DNA of 64,000 nt from Bacteroidota bacterium. Lineage in GTDB: Bacteria; Bacteroidota; Bacteroidia; Flavobacteriales_D; JABDKJ01. The DNA lies in contig JAJRRH010000106.1 of assembly GCA_024279715.1 (NCBI GenBank), positions 17,102 through 81,101 of the forward strand, read 5' to 3'. The notes under the pieces were generated by a model. The model did no database searches. It was not told the DNA's origin and saw only the letters and a program-made list of their open reading frames with translations. A program made the position numbers and the translations under genes. Of this stretch, positions 1-6,695 are shown piece by piece (the stretch's first letter is position 1; every line of letters begins with the position of its first letter).

Positions 1-2
1 TC

Positions 3-1772
3 ATGGATCTCTATGGTCTGAATGAAGTGCCGCTAGTGTCGCCATTACATGCTGCTTCTATCCTTACCTATAAATTCAAGCTTATATCGTCTGAAGTAGT
101 GGATGATAAACTTGAATACAAAATAAAGGTGACCCCCAGAAAAAAAGGTAATGCGAGCTGGAGGGGATATATTTGGATCCAAGAAGGCAGCTTTGCCATT
201 GTAAAAGTGGATTTAGGGATTTCCAAAAGTGGATTATTATTCTATGATGATTTTAATGTCAAACAGGAATATAAATTTCACAACGACTCGCTCCTACTTC
301 TCACTCGTCAAGAATTTGACTATAAAGCCAAAGCTGGTTCTAAAAAATTTGTTGGAAAAACCATAGCTACTTTTAGCGACTATATTATCAATCCTATTTT
401 TGAAAAACGATTTTTCAAAAATGAATTGATGGTTACCACCCAAGATGCATATGAAAAAGATTCGCTTTATTGGCAAGGAAACAGGGGTCAAAAACTCACT
501 CTTGAAGAGCAACGATTTCAGTTTGTAAAAGACAGTATATACGCCATTACGCATAGCGACCATTACAAAGATTCTATTGAACTAGCTGACAACGAAATAA
601 AACTATTAGACATACTTTGGCAAGGTATAACGTTCAGTGATTGGCGCAAAAAAAGAAGGTATTTTTTCGGGTCGGCACTCAGTATGGTGAATCCAGTGGC
701 ACCTGGAGGTATGCGATTAGGATACAATGGCGCGTATTTCAAAAAATGGGAAAGCGAAAAGATATTCAGTCTCAATGGTCGGATAGATTATGGATTGAGG
801 AATGAGAATATCCAAGGGCTATTCTCTACAAGCTACAAGTATGATCCAATGCACTTTGGATATATTGGAGCGCATATCGGAAGGTTCTATAATCTCATTG
901 CTCAAAATGATGCAGTCACCAATCTATTGCAGCGTGCCAATTGGATGGAGCAGGATTATATTGGAATATACTGGAAGAGAGAATTGTTTAATGGCTTTGA
1001 TTTAACATGGCGTTGGCGGTATGAAACCTTTCGATCCATAAGTAATTTACAGTTTGGAGAACTTACAAATGACTGGTTTGAGAACAATGATCCTATTGCT
1101 TTTGACACCTATCATTCTTTTAATAGCTCCATCAATATATCCTATACCCCTTTTAGAAAATTCATTACTGAGCCACGAAAAAAGGTTATTTTAGGAAGCA
1201 AATGGCCTACCTTCTCGCTATACTATAAAAAAGGGTTTAAGGATATCGTCAACTCCAATGTCGATTTTGACTACCTCGAATTGGAAGTGAAACAAGATAT
1301 TCGGATAAGCACGATAGGGACAAGCACTTATAAAATTCAAGGAGGACAATTTCTAAATACTAAAAAGCTTAATTATGTGGATTACAAGTTTTTTCCTATT
1401 GGTGATAAATATTTCTTTGCTAGCCTATTAGAATCTATGCAACTACAAGATACGACTATAATTACTGCTGAGGAGTATCTGAAGGTAAACTATGTCCATC
1501 ACTTTAATGGTGCATTGATAAACTACCTTCCATTGATAAAGAAAACTAGGCTTCATGTGGTTCTTGGTGCTGGTTCGTTAATCATCCCCCAATCGGACTA
1601 TCAATATCTCGAAGCCTTTGTGGGTATAGAGCGAACGGTTCGTATTCAGCGATCTAGGTATCGATTTGGACTGTTTTTTGTGGGTGCACAATCCAACCTT
1701 GGAGACATCACCCCACGACTGAAATTCGCAATACAACGGTATGATGCTAGGAATAAGAATTGGGAGTATTAG
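3..1772 (+). CDS. DUF5686-like outer-membrane beta-barrel protein, probably 5'-truncated by the window edge
   Basis: 589-aa ORF starting 2 nt from the window edge. Alternating aromatic/hydrophobic strand pattern and aromatic C-terminus (...NWEY) fit a Bacteroidota outer-membrane barrel. It resembles the C-terminal part of DUF5686/CarboxypepD_reg proteins. The family name is from remembered motif patterns, not a search. Confidence 0.55.
   Translation: MDLYGLNEVPLVSPLHAASILTYKFKLISSEVVDDKLEYKIKVTPRKKGNASWRGYIWIQEGSFAIVKVDLGISKSGLLFYDDFNVKQEYKFHNDSLLLLTRQEFDYKAKAGSKKFVGKTIATFSDYIINPIFEKRFFKNELMVTTQDAYEKDSLYWQGNRGQKLTLEEQRFQFVKDSIYAITHSDHYKDSIELADNEIKLLDILWQGITFSDWRKKRRYFFGSALSMVNPVAPGGMRLGYNGAYFKKWESEKIFSLNGRIDYGLRNENIQGLFSTSYKYDPMHFGYIGAHIGRFYNLIAQNDAVTNLLQRANWMEQDYIGIYWKRELFNGFDLTWRWRYETFRSISNLQFGELTNDWFENNDPIAFDTYHSFNSSINISYTPFRKFITEPRKKVILGSKWPTFSLYYKKGFKDIVNSNVDFDYLELEVKQDIRISTIGTSTYKIQGGQFLNTKKLNYVDYKFFPIGDKYFFASLLESMQLQDTTIITAEEYLKVNYVHHFNGALINYLPLIKKTRLHVVLGAGSLIIPQSDYQYLEAFVGIERTVRIQRSRYRFGLFFVGAQSNLGDITPRLKFAIQRYDARNKNWEY
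1693..1772 (+). repeat. 80-bp direct repeat, left copy (last 26 codons plus TAG of the DUF5686-like gene)
   Basis: Base-for-base identical to 6493..6572. Identity starts at ccaacctt and ends at the gagtattag stop codon. Flanks differ on both sides. Confidence 0.95.
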
Positions 1773-1778
1773 AAACCA

Positions 1779-3347
1779 TTATCGTTCCACCATCATCTTT
1801 TCAGATCCTATCAAGACACCTTTCTTATCTCGGAGCTGTACGACATACAATCCATTGCTTAGTGATCCTATATTGATGGTCGATTGATTCAAGGTGTTCC
1901 GTGTCAAATACTCTCTCTTTGCTTCACTACCTGTTATGGTTATGATTCTAATTTCAGATGCTTCAATGTTTGTCTTCCACTGTAATTGTAACGCATCCGT
2001 AACCGGTTGTGGCCAAAGCGTCAGACCAATATTTGGCATATAGCTTTCGCCTACACTCAAAGGCTCACAGCCATCCCACTCCACATCTCCACAGCCATCT
2101 ATCTTTAATAGTCTTGATCTGGTATCTCCATTCCAAAGTTTTTGAATCAATCCTGCCATAGCATAGCCACCATCTGGAGTTGGCTCTATGTCATTAAAAT
2201 ATTGTATTACATAATAATCTAATCCTTCAGGGTCAGAATCATTCATCGGATATTCATAATACCACTCTTGATTTCCCTCAGTATCTATCTTCATCAACCA
2301 AGGAATAGCGGTATGGTTATAATCTACTATTGGAATGGCAGTACTGCCCAACACCAGCAAGCCACCATCGTGATGCTCTAATACTTTAATAATTCTTGCT
2401 GCATGTATCTCATGACTATTCAGATATTCTTGCTGTATCTCTATGGTGCCTATATTTCCATTGTCATTAACCGATGCCATGACAATATGACTCCAGTGTA
2501 CTGGATAATCAAAATCATAATAAAAATTCTCATATGGCTCTATATATAATATGAATATCTCACCATTACTCTTCTTTACCAGTTGAAAACTTCTATTGCC
2601 CCAGCCAAAATCCGATCCTTCAGTCTCAGCCTGCCACATAATATTTCCCTCAAAATCGACCTTATTAATTATTCCTTTGAGAGTATTGTCTTCAAAGTTA
2701 TCTGATAGATCCTGCCAATCTACTGCCATTAGATACCCATCTTCTACTTTTTCAAAAGAATGAGATCGTTGCCGATATCCATCTTCTTGATTAAGAACTT
2801 TTGTCCATAATATATCCCCCTCTAAATCCATCTCTAACATAAAGGTATATTCTTCATATTCATTAGCATACGGATAAACAAAACCAACTATTATTATGGT
2901 GTTTTCTTCTGTTATCATTAAATTATTAAACGCTGTGCTTCCATCATTAAAAATAGAATATATATTGCACCCTAATGTATCCAATGAATTATTGATATGT
3001 ACAACAAATGAATTGCCTTCAGAATAGTTATATCCAATAGCTATATATCCCTCATTGTTGGGAAGTTTTTGAAAGGTTTTTGCTGAAGGAGAAAGAACTT
3101 GAGCTAAAATAGGATATGGAATAGTATCTTCGTCTAAGGTATAGCCTTCAAAATCATATCTTCTAGCTTGTGCTCCTAGACTAAACACCTTGCTTCCATA
3201 AGCCACAATAGATTCATCCTCAACAATTATATTTGTATATGTTTCTTTTTCCGAATCTAGTCCTCCAATAGTATGTTCCCAATATATGTACTGCGCTGAG
3301 GTTACCTCAAACGCAGTACACATTAATAGTATTAATAAATAACGCAT
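1779..3347 (-). CDS. secreted hypothetical protein with T9SS type A C-terminal sorting domain
   Basis: Signal peptide MRYLLILLMCTAFEVTSAQ. C-terminal Por-secretion-tail pattern (LWPQPVTDALQL...GLYVVQLRD...KMMVER). Its ATG overlaps the stop of the upstream ORF (TAATG), which suggests translational coupling. Confidence 0.8.
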   Translation of the reverse strand: MRYLLILLMCTAFEVTSAQYIYWEHTIGGLDSEKETYTNIIVEDESIVAYGSKVFSLGAQARRYDFEGYTLDEDTIPYPILAQVLSPSAKTFQKLPNNEGYIAIGYNYSEGNSFVVHINNSLDTLGCNIYSIFNDGSTAFNNLMITEENTIIIVGFVYPYANEYEEYTFMLEMDLEGDILWTKVLNQEDGYRQRSHSFEKVEDGYLMAVDWQDLSDNFEDNTLKGIINKVDFEGNIMWQAETEGSDFGWGNRSFQLVKKSNGEIFILYIEPYENFYYDFDYPVHWSHIVMASVNDNGNIGTIEIQQEYLNSHEIHAARIIKVLEHHDGGLLVLGSTAIPIVDYNHTAIPWLMKIDTEGNQEWYYEYPMNDSDPEGLDYYVIQYFNDIEPTPDGGYAMAGLIQKLWNGDTRSRLLKIDGCGDVEWDGCEPLSVGESYMPNIGLTLWPQPVTDALQLQWKTNIEASEIRIITITGSEAKREYLTRNTLNQSTINIGSLSNGLYVVQLRDKKGVLIGSEKMMVER

Positions 3348-6043
3348 TATCTTGTTATTTGTAGTTTTTGTTTGACTAAAATATCTCCATCCTGATAAAC
3401 AGATACAATATATATCCCTTGCTTCAACGATCGTATATCTAATGGCCTTACATTATCTATAGGTTTAGTCAATACATTATTTCCAAGTACATCCATAAAA
3501 TGAATAGTTGCACTACTTGTAACATCAATGCCTTGCAATAAAACATAATCATGTGCTGGATTTGGATAAACTTGAATTAAAGTTTCATCAACATTTACCA
3601 ATAGATTATGTACATTGTTGGGAGAAAAAACTTTATCTGCTCGAGATTCAGGAATATATTCATCTAAGTCATATCCACTGTAACTAATCATCAATCCTAA
3701 AGCAAAACCAGCAGCATCATTACGTTCCTTACTACTTATATCCTCTAGCAATCCATACTGAGTGGCATCAAGATTTCTATCTGTACTAGAATACAATGTT
3801 TGAAGTATTTCATAGCACATAGTATAATCTTCATGTTCCTGTTCTTGTCTTTCATTTAATTCAAAATCAACTGCAACATTACTAATCCAACTATACACCT
3901 GCTCAAAATCGTTTCTACCTGCGTATAGCTTGGCTATCAAGTAATAATCCGATATACGCTCTATGCCATTAATGAATGACAATACATTCTCTATACCCGA
4001 GTCCGATACTTCAAGGTTGTCAAAATACTCATCCGCATCATCAACGGATGATTTTAATAAAAATGATATAGCGCTATTCATAGCTTTGTTATACTCCGAA
4101 TTATAATAAGAAATCGAAGACTCCATAGCCTCTTTTTGAGAGATCAATTGCTTTCCTTGGTCAATCATATAGCGCTGATACTCACTCAAAGAATTCATCC
4201 TTTCATCTAGTTTTTGTTGGATTTTGTCAGACTTCGAAGCAGTTGGATTAGATTTTAATATCATTGTTAACAAGACGCTAGGCAACGTTGATTCTTGATT
4301 TATAGCCTCCGTCATTACCTCGACAGAAAGTGATGGAGATTTAGCCATTAACTCGTAGTATAAGTCCAAGGCTTCAGAATAATCACTCAGCAATACTTCC
4401 ATTGTTAATGCTTCTGTATCACCGCCATCTACAAGATTATCCAATGCAATCTGTTCTTGATTCATCAATGATTTGAACTCCGTAGCCAATGCCAAACCCT
4501 CCTCCATATTCTCCTCCATCAAAATTACAGCTATTGCCTCTTCGGTATGACTCCCATCATCACCAATCATATTGGCTATTTTGCCTGGACAAGTCCAAGC
4601 TTGAATTAATGAGCCATTAGAAAAAATATTTCCATCTGCTTCAGTAAGATTATCACTTAAGTGATGAAAATACGTTAGGAAGCCAACATCATCATTAAAT
4701 ATATTGTATCCATTCGAGGGATCATTATCTGTATTGATAGAATAGAATCTATTAGCAACTGATGTATTAAACCCATTGCTATGTATTCCTTTTATCCCCA
4801 TTCCAAGGGGGTTGCTCCCTGTTTTTTCGATAAGGATATCGGCAAAGTTATGGTGTCTAAAAATATTACAACTAAGTTTTAATCCGCTAACTCCATTGTT
4901 ACTTCTATTATCATCCACTGCAGCTATTCCATTACTTGTGCATCCCTGAAAATCGTTATAACTAATCAAGTTGTTTGTAGGGCCCGAACTCAGGACAATA
5001 ATACCTGTATTATTGTTTATGACTCCAGTATATCGAAATATATTATATCTAACGATATAGTCTGTACAGTTGTGAAGATAAAATCCATAAACCTCTGGTT
5101 CATCAAATGCTACCAATACTTGTGGTTGAAAAATAGGTGGCAAATCACTAAATCTACATCCAATAACTTGATCTAACGTTTGCCCTTGAAAAAGAACCCC
5201 TCGAGCACATTTGAACAAAACATTACTTATTAAATTGACCCCGTTAGATGAACTATAAAAACCATACGTAAAACCAATAATATTTGAATAACCACTTGTC
5301 CCTTCTAACAGTATATTGGCGCTACTTCCCCTTACATAGATTGCACTCCTTTCTTCCTCCGATAAAGCGTAAAAAAAGTTTGGGTTCGTGTTTACAAAAT
5401 CACAATCTAAAATAATTACATCTTTATTATCGTTGTTCGAAAACATAGGTTTCAAACCGTTATTGTATGTAAAGTTAAATCCATAATCCCAAGTGAAATC
5501 TGTTCTATCGAATAAATGTCCGGTATCAGAACTATAAGTTGCGAGTTCAACAGCTTGATTACAGTTTTTGAATTCTGATAATACTGTTGTTATTACCCCC
5601 CCTGAGCTTAGTCCAGGAGAATTGGGAGAAAAATTTGTATCGTAATTACAAATACCAATTTCAGCGTTCTCTACCATCGTATTTTTCAAATGACATCGAC
5701 CTTGATTTGTTTGACTGTAAGGCAGCAAAGAATTTCCTCTAACTTGAACTCCTTTCCATTCTCCATCTGGATCACAAGAAGTTAATATGCATACTGAAAA
5801 AGTAATTCTAGCACCCGGATTTATAATAATCTTACTACTGGTGTTGAATCGTAATTCAGATGCATCAAGAGTTAGGATTACTCCTGGTTGAAAAATAATA
5901 TTGCCCCCAAAAGAAGATATACCTACAGATTCTACCATTGTTTCAAAGATATTCTGATTTGATGTAGTTACAGTGTAATTGTTTGGATAATCAAATGTTG
6001 TACATTGACCATATACCCCCTCAATATTGGTGACAAAAAACAT
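3347..6043 (-). CDS. parallel beta-helix repeat protein with T9SS type A C-terminal sorting domain; 5' end is set by the repeat tract at 6078..6122
   Basis: 898-aa ORF. PbH1-like repeats in the N-terminal half (NLISYNDFQGC, VRYNIFRYTG, SCNIFRHHNF), an acidic helical middle, and a C-terminal CTD (VYPNPAHDYVLL...GIYIVSVYQDG...KLQITR). ATG 6043 gives MFFVTNIEGVYGQC, which has no n-region. The hydrophobic signal core continues upstream in the same frame. Confidence 0.85.
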   Translation of the reverse strand: MFFVTNIEGVYGQCTTFDYPNNYTVTTSNQNIFETMVESVGISSFGGNIIFQPGVILTLDASELRFNTSSKIIINPGARITFSVCILTSCDPDGEWKGVQVRGNSLLPYSQTNQGRCHLKNTMVENAEIGICNYDTNFSPNSPGLSSGGVITTVLSEFKNCNQAVELATYSSDTGHLFDRTDFTWDYGFNFTYNNGLKPMFSNNDNKDVIILDCDFVNTNPNFFYALSEEERSAIYVRGSSANILLEGTSGYSNIIGFTYGFYSSSNGVNLISNVLFKCARGVLFQGQTLDQVIGCRFSDLPPIFQPQVLVAFDEPEVYGFYLHNCTDYIVRYNIFRYTGVINNNTGIIVLSSGPTNNLISYNDFQGCTSNGIAAVDDNRSNNGVSGLKLSCNIFRHHNFADILIEKTGSNPLGMGIKGIHSNGFNTSVANRFYSINTDNDPSNGYNIFNDDVGFLTYFHHLSDNLTEADGNIFSNGSLIQAWTCPGKIANMIGDDGSHTEEAIAVILMEENMEEGLALATEFKSLMNQEQIALDNLVDGGDTEALTMEVLLSDYSEALDLYYELMAKSPSLSVEVMTEAINQESTLPSVLLTMILKSNPTASKSDKIQQKLDERMNSLSEYQRYMIDQGKQLISQKEAMESSISYYNSEYNKAMNSAISFLLKSSVDDADEYFDNLEVSDSGIENVLSFINGIERISDYYLIAKLYAGRNDFEQVYSWISNVAVDFELNERQEQEHEDYTMCYEILQTLYSSTDRNLDATQYGLLEDISSKERNDAAGFALGLMISYSGYDLDEYIPESRADKVFSPNNVHNLLVNVDETLIQVYPNPAHDYVLLQGIDVTSSATIHFMDVLGNNVLTKPIDNVRPLDIRSLKQGIYIVSVYQDGDILVKQKLQITR

Positions 6044-6069
6044 AAAGAAAATTAAGAATCTTAAGCCTA

Positions 6070-6129
6070 CTAGTTTATGTGCGATTGTGCGATTGTGCGA
6101 TTGTGCGATTGTGCGATTGTGCTTCTCAT
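6070..6129 (-). other. upstream ATG plus a 19-codon out-of-frame leader ORF running through the octanucleotide repeats
   Basis: Minus strand reads ATG AGA AGC ACA ATC GCA CAA TCG CAC AAT CGC ACA ATC GCA CAA TCG CAC ATA AAC TAG. The ATG has an A-rich upstream context (aattaaaatcaaaATG) and lies 86 nt upstream of ATG 6043, so it is out of frame by 2. Confidence 0.6.
6078..6122 (-). repeat. octanucleotide tandem repeat, 5 full units plus a partial one (plus strand TGTGCGAT; coding strand CACAATCG)
   Basis: Read directly: tgtgcgat x5 followed by tgtgc. It lies between ATG 6129 and the signal-peptide core of the 898-aa ORF. Confidence 0.95.
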
Positions 6130-6195
6130 TTTGATTTTAATTGTGCCACCACAATAAAAGTAATTATGGTGGCTGGTTAGATTACTTGTTGTGTT

Positions 6196-6227
6196 CAAAT
6201 ATAGGTGTTATTATCCAAACTTTCAAA
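6196..6227 (-). promoter_or_regulatory. Bacteroidota sigma-A-type promoter (TTTG-N20-TATATTTG) for the cargo operon
   Basis: Minus strand has TTTG at 6227..6224 and TATATTTG at 6203..6196 with a 20-nt spacer. This matches the -33 TTTG / -7 TAnnTTTG consensus. It sits about 67 nt upstream of ATG 6129. Confidence 0.5.
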
Positions 6228-6356
6228 TTATCACATTAATATAACTCCAATAATTCCCCAATCTCAATATTTAGATTGTTTTGCAGAAAGCACGTAACCC
6301 GAAAAATTCATCGATTTTTAAACGGAAAAATAATACCAGCAAGTTTGGGGTTTTTC

Positions 6357-6378
6357 AAACACCCAAATTTGGGTGTTT
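6357..6378. repeat. 22-bp perfect palindrome AAACACCCAAATTTGGGTGTTT
   Basis: Read directly. A third related half-site, TTTGGGGTTTTT, lies at 6344..6355. The palindrome is upstream of the cargo-operon promoter, in the non-coding arm of the cassette. Confidence 0.9.
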
Positions 6379-6492
6379 CTAAATCGGGGTATCATGCTTG
6401 GCTCCCCACAATCCATCTCTCAGTTCTGCTGAGCTGGTCGAAGTATTCATTCAATACACTTCGTTTTTGTAGGTATAAAGAGAGTTAATGGC

Positions 6493-6572
6493 CCAACCTT
6501 GGAGACATCACCCCACGACTGAAATTCGCAATACAACGGTATGATGCTAGGAATAAGAATTGGGAGTATTAG
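6493..6572 (+). repeat. 80-bp direct repeat, right copy (orphan duplicate of the DUF5686-like gene 3' end)
   Basis: Identical to 1693..1772 and offset by exactly 4800 bp. It does not continue any long ORF. Confidence 0.95.
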
Positions 6573-6695
6573 TATAAAAGAAGTCTGAGTATTAGGCGAT
6601 AATTTTAAAAAACCAATAATCGTCACTTTTTAAGAGATAATTTCACGCCATTTTTACAAAAATATGTACCTTGTTCCCTCAAAAATAACAGCAAT

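Noticed and set aside
6078-6122. Possible CRISPR-like or minisatellite array
   Set aside because: The units are 8 bp, contiguous and spacer-free. This is a simple-sequence tandem repeat, not a CRISPR.
6276-6488. 70-aa ORF (TTG start) in the non-coding arm of the cassette
   Set aside because: Non-ATG start, no recognisable motif, odd composition, and it runs across the 22-bp palindrome. Probably a chance ORF, although the region itself is interesting.
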